DNA of 64,000 nt, from positions 775,620,001 to 775,684,000 of the forward strand of contig NC_091283.1 of assembly GCF_032444005.1 (NCBI RefSeq). Direction: 5' to 3'. This DNA comes from Ranitomeya imitator (taxonomy: Eukaryota). Positions 11,690-23,200 of this stretch are shown in pieces. The position numbers and the translations under genes were made by a program. Position 1 is the first letter of the stretch. The number at the start of each line of letters is the position of its first letter. The notes beneath the pieces were generated by a model that was not told the DNA's origin, did not search any database, and saw only the letters and a list, made by a program, of their open reading frames with translations.

Positions 11690-13825
11690 CTTGCAGTATT
11701 ATAGCAATTCCCCCTTGCCATAGTACAGCCTATCACCCTTTGCCGAAGTATAGCCGTTTCTCCCATTACAGTAGTATAGCCTTTCCCACTTTGCAGTAGT
11801 ATAGCCTTTCCCCCTTTGTGGTAGTAAGCCCTTTGCAGTAGTATAGCCCTTTCCCCCTTTGCAGTAGTATTGCCCTTTCTCCCATTTAAGTGGTATAGCC
11901 TTTCCCCCTTGCAGTAGTATAGCCTTACCTCCTTGCAGTAGTATAGCCTTTTTCCCTTTGCAGTAGTATAGCCCTTTCCTTGCAGTAGTATAGCCTTCCC
12001 CCCTTGCAGTAGTATAGCCTTTCCCCCTTTACTGTAGAATAGCCCTCCCCCCTTTCAGTAGTATAGCCTTTCCCCCTTACAGTAGTATAGCCTTCCCCCC
12101 CTTGCAGAAGTATCGCCTTTCCCCCCTTGCAGTAGTATAGCCCTTTTCCCCTTTGCAGTAGTATAGCCCTTTCCTTGCAGTAGTATAGCCTTCCCCCCTT
12201 GCAGTAGTTTAGCCTTTCCCCCTTTCCTGTAGTATAGCCCTTTCCCCCCTTGCAGTAGTATAGCCTTTCCCCCTTGCAGTAGTATAGCCCTTTTCCCCTT
12301 TGCAATAATATAGCCCTTTTCCCCTTTGCAATAGTATAGCCCTTTCCTTGCAGTATTATAGCCTTCCCCCTTGGAGTAGTATGGCCCTTTTCCCCCCTTG
12401 CAGTAATATAGCCTTTCCACCCTTGTAGTAGTATAGCCTTTCCCCCTTGCAGTAGTATAGCCTTTCCCCCTTTGCTGCAGTATAGCCCTTTTCCCCCCTT
12501 GCAGTAGTATTGCCTTTCCCCCTTTTAGTAGTATAGCCTCTCCCCCTTTGCTGTAGTATAGCCCTTTTTCCCCCTAGCAGTAGTATAGCTTTTCCCCCTT
12601 GTAGTAGTATAGCCTTTCCCCCTTTGCTGTTGTATAGCCCTTTTCTCCCCTTGCAGTAGTATAGCCTTTCCCCTTGTAGTAGTATCGTCTTTCCCCCTTG
12701 CAGTAGTATCGCCTTTCCCCCTTGCAGTAGTATAGCCTTCCCCCCTTGCAGTAGTATAGCCTTTCCCCCTTTGCAATAGTATAGCCCTTTCCTTGCAGTA
12801 GTATAGCCTTCCCCCCCTTCCAGTAATATAGCATTCCCCCCTTGCAGTATTATAGCCTTCCCCCCTTGCAGTAGTATAGCCTTTCCCCCTTGTAGTAGTA
12901 TAGCCTTTCCCCCTTGCAGTAGTATAGCCTTTCCCCCTTGCAGTAGTATAGCCTTTCCCCCTTGCAGTAGTATAGCCTTTCCCCCTTGCAGTAGTATAGC
13001 CTTTCCCCCTTGCAGTAGTATAGCCTTTCCCCCTTGCAGTAGTATAGCCTTCCCCCCTTCCAGTAATATAGCATTCCCCCCTTGCAGTATTATAGCCTTC
13101 CCCCCTTGCAGTAGTATAGCCTTTCCCCCTTGTAGTAGTATAGCCTTTCCCCCTTGCAGTAGTATAGCCTTTCCCCCTTGCAGTAGTATAGCCCTTTTCC
13201 CCCTTGCAGTAGTATAGCCTTTCCCTCTTGTAGTAGTATAGCCTTTCCCTCTTGCAGTAGTATAGCCTTTCCCCCTTTGCTGTAGTATAGCCCTTTTCCC
13301 CCCTTGCAGTAGTATCGCCTTTCCCCCTTGCAGTAGTATAGCCTTTCCCCCTTGCAGTAGTATAGCCTTCTTCCCCTTGCAGTAGTATCGCTTTCCCCCT
13401 TGCAGTAGTATAGCCTTTCCCCCTTGCATTAGTATCGCCTTTCCCCCTTGCATTAGTATCGCCTTTCCCCCTTGCAGTAGTATCGCCTTTCCCCCTTGCA
13501 GTAGTATAGCCTTTCCCCCTTGCAATAGTATAGCCTTCCCCCCCTTGCAGTAGTATCGCCTTTCCCCCTTGCAGTAGTATAGCCTTTCCCCCTTGCAGTA
13601 GTATAGCCTTTCCCCCTTGCAGTAGTATCGCCTTTTCCCCTTGCACTAGGATAGCCCTTTTCGCTTTTCCTCCCTTGCAGTAGTATAGCCCTTTTCCCCC
13701 CTTGCAGTAGTATAGCCTTTCCCCCTTGTAGTAGTATAGCCTTTCCCCCTTGCAGTAGTATAGCCTTTCCCCCTTTGCTGTAGTATAGCCTTTCCCCTTG
13801 CAGTAGTATAGGCTGCCCCCCTTGC
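11690..13825. repeat. About 23-25-bp minisatellite (ttgcagtagtatagcctttccccc)
   Basis: More than 80 tandem units with variable T/C runs. Confidence 0.95.
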
Positions 13826-14592
13826 AGTCAGTGTGGTGACTTTCGCTTCTGGGCTTTTTCTTGTCCTTTATAAAGTTCATTGCGATTTGTAGTAAAGCGG
13901 TTTCTCCCTGTGACGTCTACATAGCTGTGGTTTAGAGCAAAAAGTCAATGATTTGCTTTGTATGAGAATAATATGTTGTATGATTGCTTGTTATGTTACA
14001 TTGCTGCTTTCATTTCTTGGCCTCTTCAGTTTTCTAACCTGCTGGAAATTGTCTTATATCCTTCTCAGTAATTCACGTCACAAGGACAAGGCCATAGCCT
14101 TCGGTAGTGAAGAATGGGTTCCAGTATGTAATGTGTTTTTTTTTTGGCCACTATTTACATTCAGCAGATTAATTAATAATATGCAAATGAATTTTAGTGG
14201 TGTTTCTTGACTAATTAGACATTTTGGTGACAGCAGTGAGAGGATGTGTAAAATACAGGTTTTCATGTCCTTTTCTCTAGGTGCTGGTTTGGATCCCATC
14301 TAAAAAATCTGCATAAGGGTCCGTTTAGACAATACGACCAACGATCAGTAAACCTTTATTGATCTACAGTTGTTTAAACTGAATCTTTTAGCAGGTTTTT
14401 GCTACTTCATCTGAGAGCAGTATAATATAGGAGCATAGAGTCTGATTCCAGGAGTTTGTCACTTACTGGACTGTGTTGTAGTTTCAATACAATCAGTGTT
14501 TTATCAGCAGGGGATTATTACTGCCTGACTAGGTGTCATGTGCACAGTAGTCCAGCTAACCCCGCCCCCACCAGCAGCTTGCTGACAATGTA

Positions 14593-15826
14593 CAGGGTGG
14601 AGCGCGGTAATTTGCTGATTTGGGAATGAAATAAAAAAATTATGATCATTAGAAAAATTTATTTTATATTTTAATTATACTGAACAGTAATGGAATTTTT
14701 AAATTACATGGTTTTAAATAGTGTATCTGGCAAATGTCGACCTTCGCTATCCACACACTGCTGCATACGTTTTCTGAAGTTTTCATGAACTCTAACAAGC
14801 ATGTCCACTGGTATTCTGCCAATTTCAGCTTCAATATTGTTCCTTAGGTCTTCCAAGGTTTTGGGACGGTTGATATACACCTTAGACTTCAGGTAACCCC
14901 AAAGGAAAAAAATCGCATGGTAACCCTCGCTGTGTGTGCAGTGGCACCATCCTGTTGGAACCATGTATCCTCTAGTTCCATTGCCTCAAGAGCCGGCTGA
15001 AAATAATCCTGTATCATAGACAAGTACCGTTCGGAGTTCACAGTTATGGCACGACCACTATCCTGAAAAAAGTAAGGACCAATGATGCCTACTCGTGATA
15101 TGGCGCACCACACAGTGACGCGGTCCGAATGCAGAGGTCTCTCGTGAACTTCTCTGGGGTTTGTTTCACTCCAGTAACGCATATTTTGTTTGTTTACACA
15201 CCCACTGAGGTGAAAATGTGCCTCATCAGAAAAAAACACAATTGCGTCACGGGGTATCGTTGCTAACATGTCTTCACAAGAGGTCCGCCGTGTCAAATAG
15301 TCCCATGCTGACAAATGTTGGACCACGCACATTTTATACGGGTGAAAATTCAGTTCATCATGAAGAATCCGGTGGAGAGAACGTCTTGAAATGCCAAGAG
15401 CAAATGATTGCTTCCGAGCAGAGCGTTTCGGAGATTGCAGTACTGCTGCTCTAACTCTCTCGATGTTTTGTGGTGTTGTAATCCTTCTCTCAGGTCCCCT
15501 TCGTACACATGACACATTCCCTGCTGTTCTGAATGCATTCACCCAATTTACAATTGATTGCCGTCCAGGAACACGTCCGCGTGGAGGAACAGCGAATTGT
15601 AAACAAAAAGCACGCTGCACTGCAATGATCGAGTGGGCATTTGAAAAATACGCTTAAACACAAAATGACCTCTCCTCACGTGTCCACTGCATGATGGCAA
15701 CTGAAAGGCAGAGGAATACAAATCTCCCATCAGCCACTGTAAGCCACACCCACTCTTCCCTCTCTTCGACCGACAGTGCCGCCACAGCATGCAGTGCAAA
15801 AAAGCAAATTACCGCGCTCCACCCTG
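14593..15826 (-). mobile_element. Mariner-like transposon, rosa/DD41D(Visitor)-like, internally deleted
   Basis: 23-bp TIR cagggtggagcgcggtaatttgc, TA flanks; motifs FSDEAHFHLSG.VNKQN.RYW, WFQQDGATAH, FFLWGYLKSKVY; the segment between the second and third Asp is missing. Confidence 0.8.
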
Positions 15827-15830
15827 TACA

Positions 15831-16420
15831 TGTAACGGACTGGGTGGTAGAACCACTGTGCCGTGATCAGAGAAGAGCTTAGAGGGGCATAACTAGGTGC
15901 CTCACCAAATCCGACCTCGAATGCATGGCGGCTGGCGATCCCACAATCCGAGAAGGGACGATGGAGACTGAACCAGGTGCTACACCAGGACTGACTTCTA
16001 GTAGATGACAGCTGACCCCAAGGAACAGCAAGCAGGAATGTCCAGAAATCGTAGATTTAGCAAGTACTAGGTGGCACTGCTGGTATAGTGACTGGCATGA
16101 CAGACACACAAACAGGCGAGTACTGATGGGCACGACTGGTATCCAGGCGGTAGGTGCAGGTGGGCACGGCTCATAGGCAGGCGAACTGATGCACAGGACA
16201 GGTATATTGGGATATGAGCACTGGGACCTGAGAACTAGCAAACGTGGTAGAAACAAACTACAACATTGCACAGGCGCCTCCATGCAGGTGCCTTAAATTG
16301 TACCTGTCTCCCAGCCTTTGGCTGGGGACACTTTAGGACGGTGTGCTCCTTATAAGAAGGAGGAAGCGTGTGCATGCCCTAAGCACAGTGCCAGGGAATC
16401 TGTGTGCTGTGCGTGTACCC
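15831..16420. mobile_element. Truncated LTR fragment
   Basis: Starts tgtaacgg; shares a motif and composition with the solo LTR at 8361-9086; no matching right end found. Confidence 0.4.
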
Positions 16421-16511
16421 CGGACCCTCTCTCTCTTTCCCCTCTCTTTTCTCTCTCTCCTCTTCTCTCTTTGTCTCCTCTCTCTCTCTCTCTTGAATTC
16501 TGTTTCTTTAA

Positions 16512-17326
16512 AGGGAACCTGTCACCCCGTTTTTTCAGTAGGAGATAAAAATACCGTTAAATAGGGCCTGAGCTGTGCTTTACAATAGGGTATTTTTTGT
16601 CCCCTGATTCCCTAGCTATGCTGCCGAAATACCTTACAAAAGTGGCCTTTTTCGCCTGTCAATCAGGCTGGTCAGGTCGGATGGGCGTTGTCACAGCGCT
16701 GTTTCTCCCCCACATCTTGCTTATGTTCCCGTTGGTGGCGTAGTGCTTCTCGCATGCGCAAGTGCCGAATGCACTGCGCAGCTGTAGAAAAAGAGCGCGC
16801 TCGCCGCTATTCAGCGGTTTCTCGGTGGGCGCGGCCATCTTCCTGAGGCCGCGCGTGCGCAGATGGAGTCTCCTGCTTCCCGGGGCTTCAGGAAAATGGC
16901 CGCGGGATGCCGCGCGTGCGTAGATGGACATCCCGCGGCCATTTTCCTGAAGCCCCGGGAAGCAGGAGACTCCATCTGCGCACGCGCGGCCTCAGGAAGA
17001 TGGCCGCGCCCACCGAGAAACCGCTGAATAGCGGCGAGCGCGCTCTTTTTCTACATCTGCGCAGTGCATTCGGCACTTGCGCATGCGAGAAGCACTACGC
17101 CACCAACGGGAACATAAGCAAGATGTGGGGGAGAAACAGCGCTGTGACAACGCCCATCCGACCTGACCAGCCTGATTGACAGGCGAAAAAGGCCACTTTT
17201 GTAAGGTATTTCGGCAGCATAGGTAGGGAATCAGGGGACAAAAAATACCCTATTGTAAAGCACAGCTCAGGCCCTATTTAACGGTATTTTTATCTCCTAC
17301 TGAAAAAACGGGGTGACAGGTTCCCT
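16512..17326. mobile_element. Kolobok/T2-type MITE, nearly fully palindromic
   Basis: agggaacctgtcacc...ggtgacaggttccct; arms of about 400 bp with few mismatches; TTAA at 16508-16511 and 17327-17330. Confidence 0.9.
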
Positions 17327-18977
17327 TTAAATTCCGGCTGCAGCTACTTCAACAGATCCGTAAAAAAAATGGATTCAGTGCATCAGTTTTTTACAAGCAG
17401 CACAGGATCCGTCTTTTCAAGACTTTGACGGATTGTGACTGATTCTAAAAAACGGATGTGTGAAAGAGGCCTTAGTGACACATTGCTGGAATCAGAGTCT
17501 CAGCCTCTACATCATACTACTATCAGATTACATAGCAAAAATTTGCTGTCGGATTTCCTTAAACATGTTGCTCATTCATTGGGCAGTCGGTAGCTTGTGT
17601 ACACTGCAAGATAATTATGAAATGAGCGTTAGAAAGCTTATTTACAATTGTCTTTCAGTGTAAATGCAGCTTAAATCGAGACCAGAATGTAGAAGCACCC
17701 TTCCTGATGGAATCTGCAAATATTGGAACCATTTTTTTTGGCTGAAAATTGGATATGCATATTACCCCTACATGGATTAGTTTATTGGGGGGCTAACCCA
17801 TGCTAATAAATCTGCTGCCAAAATCCCAAGATCTGTTCCATGATGTAACCCTGGTAAATGCAGGTACGTTTTTCAACATTCTAGCCTTAAAGGAGTCCGC
17901 CCATAAACCCCATTTTCGTGTACCTGTTATAAAACGTAGTCTTAGTTAATAGAAAGGTGGCCCTCTGCTCAGGATCTTTATCTCTTGGCTGAATTGAAGA
18001 GCTGTTGCAAAAAGCGTCTGTGTATGTTTGGAAGATCTGACCTGCATCACGCAGACTAATTATTAATTTGGATAGTCGCTGTGTACTTCATACGTTTTCA
18101 TATTGGTGGTGCTGCAGGGGCATTGTACTGCCGAGATTCACTCAAGAAAACGGCTCATGTGGGGGGTCGACAGGTGGACATTGGGTGATCAGCTTATAGT
18201 CAGCAGATTTGCAGGTAAGGATTCATCGTAGAGGAAAACCTCTGTTAAAGGTTTTATTTCCATCTTCCAATTTTTTTTATTTTTTTTATGATAAATAAAA
18301 TACATATTATATATGCGACAAAGTTCAGTTACAAAGTATAAGGTCACATTTTACATATATTTTGAGTAGAATCTCTTCAAATATTCACATCTACATAGAA
18401 ACAAAATGAGATAGCCAAGGGCCCCACTTTCTCAAAGGGCAATAATATATCTTGTTTTAAAGCAATTTTTGATTTAAGCAAAGCATACTTATAATAAAGA
18501 GAATTAGACTCTGAGATCTACAGAAAGGTGGGGAATCTCTGATGTCTGAAGCATAATTAATTGATCTCAGACACAATGAACCTTCACCATTAGGGTATCT
18601 GTTAGACGCCAGTTTGCCCACTTTGTTTTTCTTGTAAAAGAGGTTTCAAAGAGATGTCGGTGGTGTTTTTCATGGTTTCTTTTTTTTTTTTTTTAAATGT
18701 ATTTTCTGACATTTTTTATGTCTGTCTTTCCACCAGCGTTTTTTTTTCTTTCTGAAATGTATGTAGTAATAGTGAGCCGCTTCCAGGCCGAAACCACCTA
18801 AGGAATGGGTCTATGGGTCAGCACACTTCTATTAACTACTTTACGGATTTGGAAGGCTAAAGCAGTTAAAAGAATTTAAAAAAGTCTGACCATGTGCACG
18901 GCAAGTTGTTTTTACATTTCAAGATAGAATCCCCCTGAAAAAGACATCTTGTGCATACCCTCGAGGAAGTGGTGGGG

Positions 18978-19911
18978 AATAGGGATGAGTGAACGTGCTC
19001 AGTGATACTCAGTATCACGGAATAGGGATGAGTGGACGTGCTCGGTGATACTCAGTATCATGGAATAGGGGTGAGTGAACGTGGTCGGCGATACTCAGTA
19101 TCATGGAATAGGGATGAGTGAACGTGCTCAGTGATACTCAGTATCACGGAATAGGGATGAGTGAACATGCTCAGTGATACTCAGTATCACGGAATAGGGA
19201 TGAGTGAACATGCTCAGTGATACTCAGTATCACGGAATATGGATGAGCGAACGTGCTCGGTGATACTCAGTATCACGGAATATGGATGAGCGAACGTGCT
19301 CGGTGATACTCAGTATCACGGAATATGGATGAGCGAACGTGCTCGGTGTTACTCAGCATCACGAAATAGGGATGAGCGAACGAGCTCGGTGATGCTCAGT
19401 ATCGCAGAATAGGGATGAGCGAACATGCTCGGTGATACACAGTATCACGGAATAGGGACGAGCGAACGTGCTCGTTGATACTCATTATCATGGAATATGG
19501 ATGAGCGAACGAGCTCGGTGATGCTCAGTATCACGGAATAGTGTGAGTGAACGAGCTCGGTGATACTCAGTATCACGGAATTGGGATGAGCAAATGAGCT
19601 CGGTGATACTCAGTATCACGGAATAGGGACGAGCGAACGTGCTCGTTGATACTCGGCATCACGGAATAGGGACGAGCTGAACGTGCTTGGTGATACTCCA
19701 TATCAGGGAATAGGGATGAGCGAACGTGCTCGGTGATACTCAGTTTCACGGAATAGGGGTGAGTGAACGTGCTCGGTGATACTCAGTTTCACGGAATAGG
19801 GGTGAGTGAACGTGCTCGGTGATACTCAGTTTCACGGAATAGGGGTGAGTGAACGTGCTCAGTGATACTCAGTTTCACGGAATAGGGGTGAGTGAACGTG
19901 CTCGGTGATAC
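18978..19911. repeat. 43-bp tandem array
   Basis: Unit aatagggatgagcgaacgtgctcggtgatactcagtatcacgg (starts at 18978, 19021, ...); about 22 copies. Confidence 0.95.
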
Positions 19912-20242
19912 TATGCATGTTGGCAGGGCTGGCGTCAGCACCCGGGCAAGTGCCGGGGCCCTGAGCAGGCAGGGGGCCCACTCGCCGCCGGGGATACTGG
20001 CGCGCTATAGTGCAGGCCCCCGCGAGTGGACCCCCCGCCTTCTCCGGGCTTCGGCACTTGCGATACTTACCTCTCCCTGTTCCAGCACTGCAGCGTCTTC
20101 CATCCTCTGACTGTGACGTTCAGGTCAGAGGGCGCGATGACGTCACCAGTGCGCGCCCTCTGCCTGAGCAGTCACAGCACAGAGAGCAGGAAGACGCCGA
20201 CGATGAGGAGTCCAGAGCAGAGCAGCGACAAGCAACGAGAGG

Positions 20243-23200
20243 TGTTGTGAATTCTGTTGTCGGGCTCCCTCCTGTGGTCATGAATGGTACTTCGGCTGGT
20301 TCTGTCCATGGACTTCCTCTGGTGGGTGTTTCTGAGTTTCCTTTCACAGGTGACGAAGTTAATTCGTTAGCTACTGCTCTATTTAACTCCACTTAGATCT
20401 TTGCTCCAGGCCACCTGTCAATGTTCCAGTATTGGTCTAGTTCAGTCCTGGATCGTTCTTGTGACCTATCTTCCCATCAGAAGCTAAGTTCCAGCTTCTA
20501 TTTCTTGGGTTTGCTATTTTTCTGTCCAGCTTGCTATTTAGTTTGTTGTCTTGCTTGCTGGAAGCTCTTGGACGCAGAGGGAGCGCCTCCGCACCGTGAG
20601 TCGGTGCGGAGGGTCTTTTTGCGCCCTCTGCGTGGTCTTTTTGTAGGTTTTTGTGCTGACCGCAAAGTAACCTTTCCTATCCTCGGTCTGTTCAGTAAGT
20701 CGGGCCTCACTTTGCTTAATCTATTTCATCTCTGTGTTTGTATTTTCATCTTTACTCACAGTCATTATATGTGGGGGGCTGCCTTTTCCTTTGGGGAATT
20801 TCTCTGAGGCAAGGTAGGCTTTATTTTTCTATTTTCAGGGCTAGCTAGTTTCTTAGGCTGTGCCGAGTTGCATAGGGAGCGTTAGGCGCAATCCACGGCT
20901 ATTTCTAGTGTGGTGTGATAGGTTTAGGGTTTGCGGTCAGCAGAGTTCCCACGTCCCAGAGCTCGTCCTTTATTATCAGTATATATCAGGTCATTCCGTG
21001 TGCTCTTAACCACCAGGTCCATTATTGTCCTGACCACCAGGTCATAACAGTACAGGTGGCCCAAAGTACTAATGCATCTCAATGGAGGGATAAGAGAAGT
21101 TCTGAGACCATTTTTTTTTCTTTGCAGTGTGTTTTGTCTCAATTTTCCCCTTTACCTCTGGGTGGTTCAGGACACTGGTGTTAACATGGACATTCAAGGT
21201 CTGTCCTCTTGGATGGATAATCTCACTACAAGGACACAAAACATTCAAGATTTTGTGGTTCAGAATCCGATGTCAGAGCCTAGGTTTCCTATTCCTGATT
21301 TGTTTTTTGGTGATAGATCTAAGTTCTTGAATTTCAAAAATAATTGAAAATTGTTTCTTGCCTTGAAACCTCGCTCCTGAGGTGACCCTGTTCAACAAGT
21401 AAAGATCATTATTTCTTTGTTACGTGGTGACCCTCAAGACTGGGCATTTTCCCTTGCGCCAGGAGATCCGGCATTGCGTGATGTTGATGCGTTTTTCCTG
21501 GCGCTTGGATTGCTTTATGACGAACCTAATTCAGTGGATCAGGCAGAGAAAATCTTGCTGGCTCTGTGTCAGGGTCAGGATGAAGCAGAGATATATTGTC
21601 AGAAGTTTAGAAAGTGGTCTGTGCTCACTCAGTGGAATGAATGTGCCCTGGCAGCAATCTTCAGAAAGGGTCTCTCTGAAGCCCTTAAGGATGTCATGGT
21701 GGGGTTTCCCATGCCTGCTGGTCTGAGTGAGTCTATGTCCTTGGCCATTCAGATCGATCGACGCTTGCGTGAGCGTAAAGCTGTGCACCATTTGGCGGTA
21801 CTATCTGAGCATGGGCCTGAGCCTATGCAATGTGATAGGACTTTGACCAGAGCTGAACGGCAAGAACACAGACGTCGGAATGGGCTATGTTTTTACTGTG
21901 GTGATTCCACTCATGCTATCTCCGATTGTCATAAGCGCACTAAGCGGTTCGCTAGGTCTGCCACCATTGGTACGGTACAGTCTAAATTTCTATTGTCTGT
22001 TACTCTGATTTGCTCTTTGTCATCCTATTCTGTTATGGCATTTGTGGATTCAGGCGCTGCCCTGAATTTGATGGACTTGGAGTATGCTAGGTGCTGTGGT
22101 TTTTTCTTGGAGCCCTTGCAGTATCCTATTCCATTGAGAGGAATTGATGCTACGCCTTTGGCCAAGAATAAGCCTCAGTATTGGACCCAATTGACCATGT
22201 GCATGGCTCCTGCACATCAGGAGGATATCCGCTTTCTGGTGTTGCATAAACTGCATGATGTGGTCGTTTGGGGGTTGCCATGGCTACAGGTTCATAATCC
22301 AGTATTGGACTGGAAATCTATGTCTGTGTCCAGCTGGGGTTGCCAGGGGGTACATGGTGATGTTCCATTTTTGTCTATTTCGTCTTCCACTCCTTCTGAA
22401 GTTCCAGAGTTTTTGTCGGATTATCGAGATGTATTTGATGAGCCCAAAGCCAGTGCCCTACCTCCTCATAGGGATTGCGATTGTGCAATTAATTTGATTC
22501 CTGGTAGTAAGTGTTTCCTAAGGGCCGATTGTTCAATTTATCTGTGCCAGAACACGCCGCTATGCGGAGTTATATAAAGGAATCCTTGGAGAAAGGCCAT
22601 ATTCGCCCGTCGTCATCACCGTTAGGAGCAGGGTTCTTTTTTGTGGCCAAGAAGGATGGTTCTTTGAGACCTTGTATCGATTACCGCCTTCTTAATAAAA
22701 TTACAGTCAAATTTCAGTATCCTTTGCCGTTGCTGTCTGATTTGTTTGCTCGTATGAAAGGGGCTAGTTGGTTCACCAAGATAGATCTTCGAGGGGCGTA
22801 TAATCTTGTGCGTATTAAACAAGGCGATGAATGGAAAACAGCATTTAATACGCCCGAGGGCCATTTTGAGTACCTGGTTATGCCATTCGGGCTTTCCAAT
22901 GCTCCATCAGTATTTCAGTCCTTTATGCATGTCATCTTCCGAGAGTACCTGGATAATTTCCTAATTGTGTATTTGGATGATATTTTGGTCTTTTCGGATG
23001 ATTGGGAGTCTCATGTGAAGCAGGTCAGAATGGTGTTCCAGGTCCTTCGTGCGAATTCCTTGTTTGTGAAGGGGTCAAAGTGTCTCTTTGGAGTTCAGAA
23101 GGTTTCATTTTTGGGGTTCATTTTTTCCCCTTCTACTATCGAGATGGACCCCTTTAAAGTCCAGGCCATTTACGATTGGACTCAGCCGACATCTGTAAAG

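Noticed and set aside
11925-13880. GGKAILLQ / YYCKGERL ORFs up to 451 aa
   Set aside because: Minisatellite translation in several frames.
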